NCBI RefSeq assembly: GCF_030144855.1
Contig: NC_082731.1
Span: forward strand, 10,354,001-10,418,000
Source: Hypanus sabinus
Taxonomy: Eukaryota
DNA: 64,000 nucleotides
Direction of reading: 5' to 3'
Under the pieces are notes generated by a model, which saw only the letters and a program-made list of their open reading frames with translations, had not been told where the DNA came from and searched no databases. This document shows, piece after piece, positions 39,324 through 51,790 of this stretch (the stretch's first letter is position 1; every line of letters begins with the position of its first letter). The translations under genes and the position numbers were made by a program.

Positions 39324-39691
39324 GTAAGCGCAATTAACTGCTGTCTTGAGGCACATCAAATAAACTTTTTGGCAGACATTCATGAACTAATCAATAGAGT
39401 TGAAAATATAATCTCCTCCATTCCGTTGCGTAACAGCAATCCAGAAGAAAAAAAAATGTCCACCCGTGGTAACGTAGAAAAGAAGCTGCACAAAACTGCA
39501 AAACTATACATGGTATCTTAATAACAAAGAGCAAGTTCAAAACCTTATTTATATTTGGAGCCGATATGTCTTGAGTTGAAAAACTGATCTAATTTCTGAG
39601 TTTATTGATATTTGAACATCCGGAGTCTGGTGAAGATACAAATCTGCAAGTCAAGATGAAACTAATTTAACATGTGTTTTTTCCCTTCCAG

Positions 39692-40088
39692 TTACTGAAA
39701 TGCACCACCCTAAAGCCTACCTCTTGTACCCATCAGCTGAGGAGATTCAAGCCGAGGAAGCAGCTACCCTAATTTGCCTGGTGACCGGTTTTTATCCGGA
39801 AGATATATACGTCGGTTGATGGCTAATGACACCCTTTTGCATTCGGGATTCTCCATCCAGTTTAACAGCGATAAGGAAAACGGCTCTAACTCGGTCACCA
39901 GCAAACTGAGGATCAGCGCAGAAGACTGGGAGAAGGAAACCACCAATAGCTGTTTGGTTGGACATCCGTCGCTACAAACAAATATTGTTAGAAGTATTAA
40001 TAAATCCCGGGGTAACCCTACTTTAGTTAACGTGTCAGTTGTTCTAACTGACAGCTTTAAATCGTGCGTCTTATCATCCTTGATTTGA
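39692..40088 (+). pseudogene. IgNAR: IgNAR C5 exon plus secretory tail, 1-bp frameshift
   Basis: TEMHHPKAYLLYPSAEEI..ATLICLVTGFYPEDIYVG* then, after restoring one G, WMANDTLL..SCLVGHPSL..GNPTLVNVSVVLTDSFKSCVLSSLI*. Internal TM donor G|GTAACC at 40012. Confidence 0.92.
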
Positions 40089-40372
40089 TGACTAGTAGCT
40101 TGGAAGTGTTTCTTGCTTACTGCGTAGTTGTTTGAGTTTCCGTTGTGCTGATTTACTGAAGACCACGCATAGCATTCACTCTTCAGATTATCCCATCGTA
40201 AATGAGATATTCCATTAATTTCATCTGTTCGATAACACTGTGATGAGCTCTCGATAGCATTAGAATATTTTTAACCTTACGTTTTTTCTGAAAATGTCGT
40301 ACTTTTGAGATGCTAGTAAGTCGCGGAATAGTTAGCAGATAGCGATTTATTCTGTACGCCACATTATATTGA

Positions 40373-40378
40373 AATAAA
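40373..40378 (+). terminator. Candidate poly(A) signal of the secretory form
   Basis: First AATAAA seen after the tail stop (~285 nt downstream). Confidence 0.55.
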
Positions 40379-40689
40379 TTCAGAATGAAAACTTGGCTTC
40401 CACATGTGTGTTCACATCTTTGCTTTTAAGAGTAAAACATTATTCAGTTTTTTTTTATATTAGCTTCATTAATATATATGGTATACTTTATTCTTTCCTT
40501 CTCACATGTCGCAAATATAGCAGGGAGACGAGAGAGGTAACGACATAAGGCAAATTACTAAGGTTATTCAGCTCTAGCGGTTCGTGGAGATTAGATTCTA
40601 GATCTGATTTGACGGATAGGCTCGTTCGTGCATGTGTACCAGTCAACTGAACTTTAAAAGCAAAAGGTCCAGACAACAGCACGGAATAA

Positions 40690-41530
40690 GCATCAGGATC
40701 AGAATAATTTTCTTTGACATTGTCGCGAATTTTATTGTTTTGCAGCAGCAGTACAATGCAATACATAAAATACAATATGAAAGAGATGCTTAAAAATAAA
40801 TAAGTAGTGATAAAGGGGGGAAATTAGTAAGGTAGTTTTAGTGGGTTCATCGATTGTTCAGAATCCGATGAAGAAGGAACAGAAGCTGTTCCTAAAAGGT
40901 TGAGTGCGTGCCTTCATACCCCTGTACTTCTGATGGCAGTAATGAGAAGATGGCACGTCCTGGATGGTGGGAGCCCTTAATGATTGTTGCCAACCCCTTG
41001 GGGCACCGCCTTTTGACATGTTCTCAATGTTGGGGAGTCTCGTGCCTATGGATAGCTGCACACAACACTCTGCGGTATTTACGGTTCCCAAGCAATGGTG
41101 CCTAAATACCAGCTGGCGATTTAGCCAGTTGGAATGCTGATGCTATGAATGTCAGACTTGTACAAAAATTTGGTCTGGTCTTTGGTGATATAGCAAATCT
41201 TCTCTGGGTCTTAATAAAATATGCCACTGACGTGCTTATTTACCTATTTACATCCATATTTTGGGATCTGGATAGATCTTCAGAGAATACCTCCTGGGAC
41301 TTGAAATAGCTCACCTTTTCCACTGCCGACTCCTCGATTAGGACTGGCGTGTGTTCCTTCGACTTCTGCTTTCTGCTATCGACAATAAGTTCATTTATCT
41401 TATTCTTGTTGAGAACACTGTTGTTGCTGTGGCACCACTCAACCAGCTGATTAATCTCACTGATGTACGCCTCTTTGTCACACTCTGAAATTCTGCTGAC
41501 AGCAGTTTCATAGGCAAATTGATAAATCAC
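40690..41530 (-). mobile_element. Rex1/Babar LINE 3' fragment
   Basis: EAYISEINQLVEWCHSNNSVLNKNKINELIVD and HYC..KYRGMKARTQPFRNSF. Confidence 0.8.
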
Positions 41531-42860
41531 ATTTCCTTCTCATCTCTTTGTGAATTAAGTACATGATGCTTGGTTGCTGATTTCAAGCAGAAACATACCT
41601 GATGCTAAGTAAATACTATTGACCTGCATATTCCATTTGGCCTCTAACACTGATTATACGGCATCCAGTGCTCAATAAAATTGAGAAGGCCGAAACAATC
41701 GACATCAGCGAATCCTAAAAATCGTTCGCCTGCCACCACCCCTGTTCCTAGTAAATGGCTGAAGCGGATTTCACGCTCGCTATTTTATGATCTTATTTAA
41801 CACCTGTTTCTCAGTCTGCATCTACTGAATTGACCCTGTAAAGCGTGACTTTGTATTAGTTCTGAGCACCCATGCACATGGCAATGCCATCCCAAAAGCC
41901 CTTTAGTCTTTCACATACTATATAACAGAGACTATGCCACCATGTTCTAGAAGACGGGCTATTTGACTTACCTTCCCTATGCATCTTGACATACACGAGT
42001 TATAGATCTGCCGAATTCTCTCTGTGAAGATAATTATCTTGAAATTGAGAGCTTTCACAGTCTCATCCTTGCCCTCTCAATCTCGACATGCCCTACCAGA
42101 CATCTCAAGCTGGATCCCTTTTTGGGCTCCTCGGCACAATAATTGGCAGTCATGTGAAGGTCCCAAACATTGTAGCCAGTTCAGTGACTGCACATTTCCT
42201 CGTCTATTTATATTAATATGCTACAGAAATCCAGATGTTTAGATGATTTTTTTAAAATATGTTGTTAAATATTCCCCTTGACTTTTCTGTAAAAGGTACT
42301 GTGATATCCTAAGTAAACACACTTCAATGAGATCTATCATCCATCCAACTGTTCCTCTCGGCCCCGGGCTTTCCATCAGCTAAACTTGGTTTTGGGCTTT
42401 GGCTGCGTGATTGATATGGTTACCGCGCCAGACAAAGTGAACAACGAGAAAACAGTGTTCACGTTTAACAAAACGCCGGCTTAGACTGCAATGGACAATC
42501 ACGTGTCCAGAATTAACTGATTTGCAAGGAGGGTGGAACCTGTAGTTATGTCAACATTGATGCATCAGCTGCAGTCGAATTCAATTCAATGTTGCTGTGT
42601 CCATAATTATGAATTCCAAATGAAGATCTGAAGTGGTACTCTTAAGTCAGTTTTGTATTCCCTTGACTCGTGTGCAGGTAACTGAATTTTGAGAATTGTA
42701 CAGTCTTGCTCAATAGGGTCCAATGTATTCTATTTAGAACTCCTCACAACAGTTAATAACCACTCAGCTGACAGAAGTGTGAAGACCAAGTGACTGATGG
42801 CCATACAAATGACAGCATTGTAATCGTATGAAGGGATAATAATAAATGAAATAATAGGCC

Positions 42861-44105
42861 TGTCATAAAGGGGAACTTGGGGAGTGGACCCAAAAGCAAG
42901 ACATAGACACTGAACTAACAGGAACAGCACTAGGCGTGAGAAGGAAGCAAGGAAAGTGGGGAATAAAGGAAGTTGGGCATTACCCAGGCCCCAGATGAGA
43001 CATGAATCCTGGGTCTGGGTGAGGACATGACGAGGATAGCGGAACCAGGACATAAAACTGGGAACTAGGAGCCTGGGCTTGGACTGGGAGCCAGACTAGA
43101 TAAGGACGCAGATCCTGGGTCTTGACTCGGGCTCGGACTCCAGAACCTGGTAAGGACAAGACGTGGCTACAGGACGTGGAGAAGCACATGACTGGATGTG
43201 AGACTCATGGACTGGACAAGGAAACCCCAGCACAGGACGATGGAACCTCAGCACCGGGCTGGACAAGATACTCCTGGGCTGGGCGAGGGACATGACAAGA
43301 CGAGAACACAAAGGCTTGGACAGGACAAGGACCTTGGACGTGACTGGGACTGGACGACACCCCGAAGCCTTGACTTGGTCGAGGAAAAGACAGGAATGCA
43401 GAGCATTTGTTCGAGTTAGAGACAGGAACATGGAACACCGAGCCAGTACCCCTCCTTGGATACGGGACGTAGGGCCGGGGCTCATTACACAGAAAGCTGC
43501 ACACGACGAGACAGTTCCCAACGCTAGGTAGCGGCAAAGCGGCTGGACCTACCTAGCGGAGGCGTGGACACAAAGAGACAGTTCCACACAGGGCGAGGCT
43601 CCAGGCACAGGCAAGACGAGGCAAGGCTCCAGGCAGAGGCAAGGCAAGGCGAGGCGCGGACAGGCTCCAGGCACAGGTTTCAGGGCAAGGCTCCAGACGA
43701 GGCAAGTCAAGGTTCCAGGCAAAGCAAGGCAAGGAGAGGCTAGGCAAGGCAAGGCGAGCCAAGGCTCAAGGCAAAGGCAAGGCAACGCGAGGCGGGGCCA
43801 GGCTCCAGGCACAGGTTTCAGGGCAAGACACCAGACGAGGCAAGGCAAGGCTTCGGGAGAAGCAAGGCAAGGAGAGGCTAGGCAAGGCAAGGCTGCAGGA
43901 GGAAGGTGAAGGGAAGGCATACAGACAGGGGGGTTGGACAGGAACAATCCAGCAGCCAGAGGCTGAATCCTGAAGCTATTTATGAAGCCAGCCCAAACGA
44001 GAATCAACTGCCTCAACAGAAACTGGGGAAACCAGAAAACCTGGAATAAAGAGTATGGACCAGACCATGAAACTGAATGTGGATTTCATGGACTGGACCA
44101 TGACA
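42861..44105 (-). mobile_element. Probable solo LTR (1245 bp) with internal satellite
   Basis: Termini TGTCAT...ATGACA; 5-bp TSD AGGCC (42856-42860 and 44106-44110); minus-strand CATAAATAG TATA-like element at 43976-43984; no coding domain. Confidence 0.7.
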
Positions 44106-44797
44106 AGGCCAAGTTCCGGTAAATATTGTATAGTGTCAGGAGCTCAGTTTAGAAAAGATACACATATTTTTAAAACATAAATGTGCTAGAAGCAGTGGAT
44201 GTTCGGGAATGAGATGAAATAAATTTGTGTATGCAGATTAGTGCAATGTCATGGTCCAAAGCTGCAGCCAAAAGCGAATAATATAAGTTTGCATTTAGAA
44301 GAGAAAAATACGCAAGTTGAAAGCATGCTGCAACTGCATAAAGCACAGCCCGCCAAACGAAAAGGATGTCACGTGTACGTACTGAATTCTGTCTTTCCTT
44401 TGCTCTGTTGGATGTGATCAATGGGCAACTGCTCGGTATATGTTAGGAGTGGGAGGTGAATATTGTCCTTCGCCTGAAGGTGCTTAACAGCGCTCTCCTA
44501 CATTAAATCACGCTTTCATGAACTTGAGAAAGGTATTTCACCGTCTGGTTTGTGTTATCTAAAACCCAGATCAAGTAGATACATGATCAGTTATTTAAAG
44601 GATATATCAAGTAGAATTGACAAGGACGACACAGAACTAATGCCAGTACACTTTAAGGAATGCACTAAACGAATATAAAATTGAAACCTGAAGTTGAGAA
44701 CAGTCTGATGAACAAGTGCATCAAGGGAAGTGGGTCATTTGGCTTTCTACTAAGAAAACATATAAAATCCAGTAAAACTCTAAACTATCGATTTCAG

Positions 44798-44955
44798 CAA
44801 TCTGTGTAACTCTGGACGACTTAGACGACTATTCAGGCGATGAAGAAGGATTAGAAAAACTGGATGAAGATGTTAGTTCTTCTTCAGCGCTCATCACCTT
44901 TGTGATCCGCTTTATGATGAGTATGATGTTCAGCGCATTTACAACGACTGTTAAG
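44798..44955 (+). CDS. IgNAR: IgNAR TM1 exon (open)
   Basis: atttcag| AICVTLDDLDDYSGDEEGLEKLDEDVSSSSALITFVIRFMMSMMFSAFTTTVK |gtaata: Cys, acidic spacer, then an antigen-receptor TM pattern TF..xF..S..xS...T..K; phase 1 in, phase 0 out. Confidence 0.85.
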
Positions 44956-47933
44956 GTAATAACGAGTTTCAATTGTCCAATAGTCTATGCAAATCCATTA
45001 ACATGTTTGGCGTATATTTCACATTTCAAGTTTTGAAACGATCAGTGTAACAGAAACTTAATTTATGTTTCTCCCAATGTGTGGTTGGGTTTCGGGAAGC
45101 TTCGCTGGGCTTATAGTGCATACCTAATTTCTCTTATGAATATGACGTCCGTGCATAAAATAATTAAAAGACCACGCACAACGATTATAATTAAAGGAAG
45201 GAGTTACTGACAATGCCAGCAGGATTTCTCAAGAAAATGCAATAAATGAAAAGAGAAGAAAACTCTTAGATTAGAGAGAGAGAGTGTGTGAGTAAGTGTG
45301 TGTGTGTGTGCACGCGCACGTTTGTTTGAGACAAAGGCGCAGAGAGAGACCAAGAGCTGTAAACGGGACGAGAACTCGGCGATAAAAGTATTCATTTATG
45401 CTTAAACTTGATCGAGCTGAAGAAACGAGGGGCAAATTGATTAGGAAGAGATGCGGTATTTCTCGGTTAGGAATCTGATGGGAAAACAGTCATTTTCCAG
45501 CAGGTTATCAGAGCGTCCAATTTCAGGAAGAGTAAATGTAATTAGAAAGTTGACTGGTGGGACTACTGAATTAGTATTTAGCAAATATCAATGAGTTATG
45601 CTAATCAACACAGGAGACGTTTATAAGATTGACAACAGACCATGAATAAAATGTGATAGTCAATATTGTAATGAAATTTCTATAGAATTCTGTTCATATA
45701 CAGATTTATAACAAAAAATAACATAGTGATGGTAAAAATAGATGTGAATTTGTTGAATAGAAACAGAGGACAGGCGATTGGTTTCTCGAGTTGTTTTTGC
45801 ACATCATATTATAATTCTTGATTAGGATGAGCATGCTACCTATAAAGCTTACACAACTGATATAAATCAAACATGTTCACTTTTGAAATATTCACCCACA
45901 GCAGTAATAGCTTCCTTGGCGAAAATATGCTATGTGAATCTCAGTGCCAGTGGCCAAGGAATATTGTTTTAGGTCATTCCCACTTTGTTGCAGCAGTTTC
46001 ATCTAGAGGAAATAAGTTACGTTTTCTTAACCTTCAAAGGTGCGGAGAATTGTGCGAGAATCACTGGAAATACTCATTAGTTGAAGATGTATCTGTGGGA
46101 AGCAAAATACAGTTAACAATTGAGGTTGAAATCCTTTCTTCAGAACTTGCGAGGAGACAACGAAACTTGTAAAGTACAATGTTTCTGACAGTGACAGGAT
46201 AAAACCGGGATGAATCCCGCTGATAAGATATAAACAGGGTTGTCTGATCTAAGAATTAATGAGAGCTCTTCGAGAATTAGAAGGCAAATTGAGGCACACA
46301 GACATAGATATGGGTCAGAAAAACTGCAGAAGCTGGTAATCGGGCAGAGAGACATACTATTGGAGGCATTCGCCGGGTTATGCAAAATTGTAAGCGGAAA
46401 GTTTCGGAAGGTGACCCGGTGTATCAGAACTGAAGTGAAGAAAGAATGTAGTCTCTATAAAGTGGAGAGCAGAAAGTTGACCCAAAAGGCTGGAGGTGAA
46501 AATCTTACCTAGCCGAGGTGACAGACACGGGTAAGTGCGAGAAGGGAGAGAATTTGTTGAAATGTGATAGGTGGGGACAGACAAAGATAAAGCAAACAAT
46601 CGGCCAGATAAATCCAAGCGGGAAGGCGAGGATAAATGTGGAGAATAAGGATGGGTGGTGATATGCGGGGATAAAAGAGCTAGACCTACTGGAATCGGAC
46701 AACTAAGGGGAAAATAATGTATGAGCTATAAAATGCTTTGCAGGATGACAATCACGGCACGTTAGTCTGAGTATGTTCTTTACTCAAAGCGAAATAAGTT
46801 GAGAAAGAGGATAGCTGTGTCAATAATACCAAACAACTACTAACACCCTGTACACAGATAAATCAAGTCATGTAAATATGTAGAATTCATTACTCTGGGA
46901 ATTAAAAGTATAAAGTCTTATTCCCGTGGTGGGCAAACGATTAGAGAGGGTTGTTACAGACAGCTTTTACGGGCTTGTAGCGAAATGCCTTTGTGTGGCT
47001 CAGGCAGGGCCTCGCGAGAGTGATTAACTGTTTAGAGGACATGAAAAAATAATCATTAAAGATCGAGCAGCAGATGTGATGAATATGCGTTTTCGTAAGG
47101 CACTTGTCAAGGTTGCCCGTAGTAGGCTCAATCAGACTGTCAGGATTGAGGCGATCCTGAGACAGTTGCTATATAAGTTGGAACTGGTTTGCCTACAGAA
47201 ACAGAACTGTGGCAGTAAATGGAGTGCATTCCGACTGGAGTTCCGTGAGTAGTGACATTCCGCGGGGAAATGTTATGGTATCCCTGCACTTTGGAGTTTT
47301 GACAAATGAATAAGTGGAAGGACATTTTAGTCAGCTTGCGGATGACGCGGATTGTTGGTTTTGTGGATATTGTAGAAGGTTTTCATATGTTGCACTCGGA
47401 TATTAACAGTATCCCTAATATCCCTAATAGTCAGTATCCTATAGTCAGTATCCATAATATCAATATACTTCATTTTGTGTGTGTTTCTCTCTGTTGTAGG
47501 TCACTCATGTGTGGAAAGTTTCACAATCTTCATCTTTATCATGCACAATACGATTTTACTTGCTTCAAAATATCAGCGTATATGATTCCAAACTCCATGT
47601 CTGTAATTGCAATCCATTGAATTTTTCCTCGTGAGGCAATTTATTCATTCCAATGAAGAAACTACTAAAACTTTACCGTATTTTCAGTGCTGTGGCGACA
47701 CATTTCCTGGCACATCCGAACTGACTCACAATCAGATAGCCTACGGGGGTTTGCGAGCACAGGGCTTTAGAGCCTCTGCGCCACGAGGGAGGTTTAAAAG
47801 TGAGGCTGAAGATTTCGAATAAAGTTTTTTCCTTCGACTGCAGTTACCGACTCCGTGTCGTAATTTTAGCGCTGCGTGTAGCACACGGCTACAATTGGTG
47901 ACCCCGACAGTCCAAACGATTTTTGGACCAGAA

Positions 47934-48623
47934 ATGACCGACGCCGCCTCTGTTCATGCGGTTTCGTTGAAACTGCCGGGTTTCTGGACACAGCGCCCGA
48001 ACCTATGGTTCCAGCAAGCCGAAGCCCAATTCCACGTTCGCCGGATCACCTCAGAAGACACCCGCTACTACTACGTGGTGAGCTCCCTCGACCAGGACAC
48101 AGCGACCCAGGTCGCGGAGTTCGTACAGTCGCCTCCGGCAGACGGCAAGTACACAGAATTCAAAGCCCTGCTCCTCAGGATTTTCGGACTCTGACGGCGC
48201 GAGCGGGCTGCCCGTTTACTGCACCTGGATGGCTTGGGCGACAGACCTCCATCGGCTTTAATGAATGAGATGTTGTCTCTCGCCGACGGACACACACCCT
48301 CCCTCATGTTTGAGCAGGCATTCCTGGAGCAGCTGCCCGAGGACATACGCCTGCTGCTGTACGACGCGGATTTCAGCGACCCCCGGAAGGTGGCAGACCG
48401 GGCGGACTTGCTGTGGAACGCCAAAAAGGTGAGCGGGGCGTCCATCGCACAGATCTCCCAGCCACGCTCCCGGCAGCAAACCAGTCCAGGCCCGGCCGCA
48501 GAGCCCGCCAACCCCCGGCCCAATGAACACTGGTGCTTCTACCACCAGCGGTGGGGCGCAGAAGCCCGCCGTTGTCGCCCGCCCTGCAAGTTCCCGGGAA
48601 ACGCCAGGGCCAGCCGCCGCTGA
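47934..48623 (+). pseudogene. gag: Gypsy gag with an in-frame TGA at 48192-48194
   Basis: VSLKLPGFWTQRPNLWFQQAEAQF...FGL*RRERAARLLHLDGLGDRPPS...[19 protein letters not shown]; same frame on both sides of the stop. Confidence 0.9.
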
Positions 48624-51600
48624 TAGCTACGGTGGCTGGCCATCGGGATAGCCTCCTGTATGTGTGGGATAGAAGGTCGGGACGCCGGTTTTTGGTCGAT
48701 ACTGCGGCTGAGATCAGCGTTTTACCTCCGACGAGTTACGACACCCGCAGCAGGGCACCGGGTCCCCCCCTGAGGGCCGTGAATGGCAGCACAGTAAGGA
48801 CCTATGGCACCCGGCAGGTGCAGCTACAGTTCGGCTCCAGCCAGTTCACGTGGGACTTCACACTGGCCGCCGTAGCCCAACCGCTTCTGGGTGCGGATTT
48901 TTTGCGGGCTCACAGCCTACTGGTCGACCTGCCCAGGAAGAGACTGGTACACGCCGAGACCTTTCAGACGTTCTCCCTGGGTGCAGCCCAGTTGCCAGCC
49001 CCTCACCTCGGCTCCATCACGCTGTCCGACAACGACTTCACCAGGGTCCTGGCGGATTTCCCATCGGTTCTGGCACCGCAGTTCACAGCGGCCATGCCCA
49101 GGCACGGCGTACAGCACCACATCCCGACCCAGGGACCACCCCTCCACGCCCGCGCTCGGCGGCTTCCCCCGGACAAGCTTCGACTGGCGAAGGAGGAGAT
49201 CCAGAGGATGGAGGAATTGGGGATCATCCGGCGGTCCGACAGCCCATGGGCCTCCCCCCTGCACATGGTGCCCAAAGCGACGGGGGGCTGGAGACCGTGC
49301 GGCGACTACCGCAGGCTGAACGAGGCTACCACACCGGACCGCTACCCTGTGCCGCACATTCAGGACTTTGCAGCAAACCTGCACGGCGCACGGATCTTCT
49401 CCAAGGTAGACCTCGTCCGAGGGTACCATCAAATCCCGATGCATCCTGACGACGTCCCGAAAAAGGCTCTCATCACCCCATTTGGCCTTTTCGAGTTCCT
49501 CCGCATGCTGTTCGGCCTGAAGAATGCCGCACAGACATTCCAGCGGTTAATGGACGCGGTAGGACGGGACCTGGACTTCGCGTTCATCTATTTGGATGAC
49601 ATCCTCATAGCCAGCAGCAGTCATCGGGAGCATCTGTCCCACCTCCGTCAACTCTGCGCCCGACTGAGTGAGTACGGTCTTACAATCAACCCCGCCAAAT
49701 GCCAGTTCGGACTCGATACCATTGACTTCCTGGGACACAGGATTACTAAAGACGGGGCAACCCCTCTGCCCGCTAAGGTAGATGCGGTCCGCCTCTTTCC
49801 CCGACCCACCACGATCATAGGCCTTCAGGAATTCGTAGGTATGGTCAATTTCTACCGCCGCTTCCTCCCTTCAGCTGCCCAGATCATGCGCCCCCTGTTC
49901 GCCCTGATGTCGGGTCCGAGCAAGGACATTACCTGGGACGAGAAGTCCGCCGCCGCTTTCGTTCAAACGAAGGAAGCTTTGGCGAATGCCGCAATGCTAG
50001 TACATCCCAGAATGGACTCCCCTACCGCCCTCACAGTGGACGCATCAAACTCGGCAGTCGGTGGGGTGCTGGAGCAACTCATCGCAGGTCGCTGGCAACC
50101 CCTGGCGTTTTTCAGCAAACACCTGCGACCACCCGAGCTCAAATACAGTGCTTTCGACCGGGAACTGTTGGCGCTTTACCTGGCAATCCGGCATTTCAGG
50201 TACTTCATAGAAGGTTGGCCCTTCACCGCGTTCACGGACCACAAACCGCTTACCTTTGCGTTTACGAAAGCGTCCGACCCCTGGTCGTCCCGCCAGCAAC
50301 GCCACCTGTCCTACATCTCTGAATACACGACGGATGTCCGGCACGTCTCGGGTAAGGACAATGTCGTGGCGGATGCGCTCTCTCGCCCTACCGTTCATGC
50401 CCTTTCCCAAGGGGTACACTTTGAGGCACTGGCAGAGGCGCAGCAGGCGGATGAGGAGATTTCGAGTTACAGAACCGCAGTCTCAGGTTTGCAGTTCCAG
50501 GACCTCCCCGTGGGCCCGGGTGAGAGGACCCTACTCTGTGACGTCGCCACCGGCCAGCCCCGTCCCGTCGTCCCGACAGCTTGGCGGCGACGCGTTTTCG
50601 ACTCCATTCATAACTTGGCGCATCCCTCCATCCGGACAATTGTCCGGATGGTTTCCAGCAGGTTCGTTTGGCACGGACTCCGCAAACAGGTCAGTGAATG
50701 GGCCAAAACGTGCATGCACTGCCAGACGGCCAAGGTGCAGCGGCACACCAAAGCCCCACCGCAGCAGTTCCATCCCGCCCACCGGCGTTTCGACCACATT
50801 CATGTGGATATTGTGGGCCCCCTGCCAGTGTCGCGCGGAGCGCGGCACCTCCTGAGTATTGTGGACCGGTTCACAAGATGGCCGGAGGCGGTCCCGCTCA
50901 CCGACACCACCTCCGAATCTTGCGGCCGAGCCCTGATCGCCACCTGGATATCTCGCTTTGGTGTACCAGCCCACATTACCTCCGACAAAGGCGCCCAGTT
51001 CACCTCCAGCCTGTGGTCAGCTATGGCCAGCCTTTTGGGGACTCAGCTGCACCACACCACTGCCTACCACCCACAGTCGAACGGGCTAGTGGAGCGTTTC
51101 CACCGTCACCTGAAGTCGGCCCTCATGGCCCGCCTGCGAGGAGCCAACTGGGCGGACGAGCTTCCCTGGGTCCTACTCGGCATCCGCACAGCACCCAAGA
51201 AGGACCTGCACGCCTCGTCGGCCGAGTTGGTATACGGTGCGCCCCTGGTCGTCCCCGGGGAGTTCCTACCAGCCCCAAGGGGGCAAGAGGAAGATCCCGC
51301 AGCAGTCCTGGGCAGACTACGCGAGAAGCTCGGTAACCTGGCCCCCATACCCACCTCACAGCACGGGCGGCACCCGACCTGCGTACCCAAAGACCTACAG
51401 AACTGTAAGTTTGTGTTTGTACGAAGGGGCGGGCATCGGCCACCGCTGCAGCAGCCATACGAGGGGCCGTTTATGGTGCTCCGGAACAACGGGTCCACTT
51501 TCGTGCTGGACGTTGGGGGTAAAGAGGAGGTTTTCACGGTGGACCGCCTCAAACCGGCCCATGTGGACCTCTCGCAGAGGCCGACCTCCCAAGCGGGTTC

Positions 51601-51790
51601 TGGCCCAGACTGTGGACAATGGGGGGTGGATCGCCGGTTCTGGGGGGGGGGGGTGTTATGTGGCGACACATTTCCTGGCACATCCGAACCGACTCACAAT
51701 CAGATAGCCTACGGGGGTTTGCGAGCACAGGGCTTTGGAGCCTCTGCGCCACGAGGGAGGTTTAAAAGTGAGGCTGAAGATTTCGAATGA
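48596..51790 (+). CDS. pol: Gypsy pol (PR-RT-RNaseH-IN), expressed by -1 frameshift
   Basis: LVDTAAEIS (PR), [11 protein letters not shown] and YLDD (RT), LTVDAS..FSKHL (RNase H), H-H-C-C and HVDIVGP..SDKG..VERFH (IN). Confidence 0.95.
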   Translation, partial: GKRQGQPPLIATVAGHRDSLLYVWDRRSGRRFLVDTAAEISVLPPTSYDTRSRAPGPPLRAVNGSTVRTYGTRQVQLQFGSSQFTWDFTLAAVAQPLLGADFLRAHSLLVDLPRKRLVHAETFQTFSLGAAQLPAPHLGSITLSDNDFTRVLADFPSVLAPQFTAAMPRHGVQHHIPTQGPPLHARARRLPPDKLRLAKEEIQRMEELGIIRRSDSPWASPLHMVPKATGGWRPCGDYRRLNEATTPDRYPVPHIQDFAANLHGARIFSKVDLVRGYHQIPMHPDDVPKKALITPFGLFEFLRMLFGLKNAAQTFQRLMDAVGRDLDFAFIYLDDILIASSSHREHLSHLRQLCARLSEYGLTINPAKCQFGLDTIDFLGHRITKDGATPLPAKVDAVRLFPRPTTIIGLQEFVGMVNFYRRFLPSAAQIMRPLFALMSGPSKDITWDEKSAAAFVQTKEALANAAMLVHPRMDSPTALTVDASNSAVGGVLEQLIAGRWQPLAFFSKHLRPPELKYSAFDRELLALYLAIRHFRYFIEGWPFTAFTDHKPLTFAFTKASDPWSSRQQRHLSYISEYTTDVRHVSGKDNVVADALSRPTVHALSQGVHFEALAEAQQADEEISSYRTAVSGLQFQDLPVGPGERTLLCDVATGQPRPVVPTAWRRRVFDSIHNLAHPSIRTIVRMVSSRFVWHGLRKQVSEWAKTCMHCQTAKVQRHTKAPPQQFHPAHRRFDHIHVDIVGPLPVSRGARHLLSIVDRFTRWPEAVPLTDTTSESCGRALIATWISRFGVPAHITSDKGAQFTSSLWSAMASLLGTQLHHTTAYHPQSNGLVERFHRHLKSALMARLRGANWADELPWVLLGIRTAPKKDLHASSAELVYGAPLVVPGEFLPAPRGQEEDPAAVLGRLREKLGNLAPIPTSQHGRHPTCVPKDLQNCKFVFVRRGGHRPPLQQPYEGPFMVLRNNGSTFVLDVGGKEEVFTVDRLKPAHVDLSQRPTSQAGSGPDCGQWGVDRRFWGGGVLCGDTFPGTSEPTHNQIAYGGLRAQGFGASAPRGRFKSEAEDFE

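Noticed and set aside
23190-40088. IgW, IgM or NAR-TCR identity for the locus
   Set aside because: J lacks WGxG, exactly five C exons follow J, the first matches IgNAR C1, and a secretory tail and KVK TM are present (not TCR delta).
43549-44016. Leu/Pro/Cys-rich ORFs (LPCLASPC...)
   Set aside because: Translation of the (aggca)n satellite inside the solo LTR.
45873-46172. VEDVSVGSKIQLTI, reminiscent of VNAR VETVNSGSKSFSLRI (a displaced V?)
   Set aside because: No Cys/Trp framework, no DNA-level similarity and no RSS.
48005-51752. Many overlapping and antisense ORFs within the Gypsy element
   Set aside because: Expected by-product of GC-rich coding sequence; no independent motifs.
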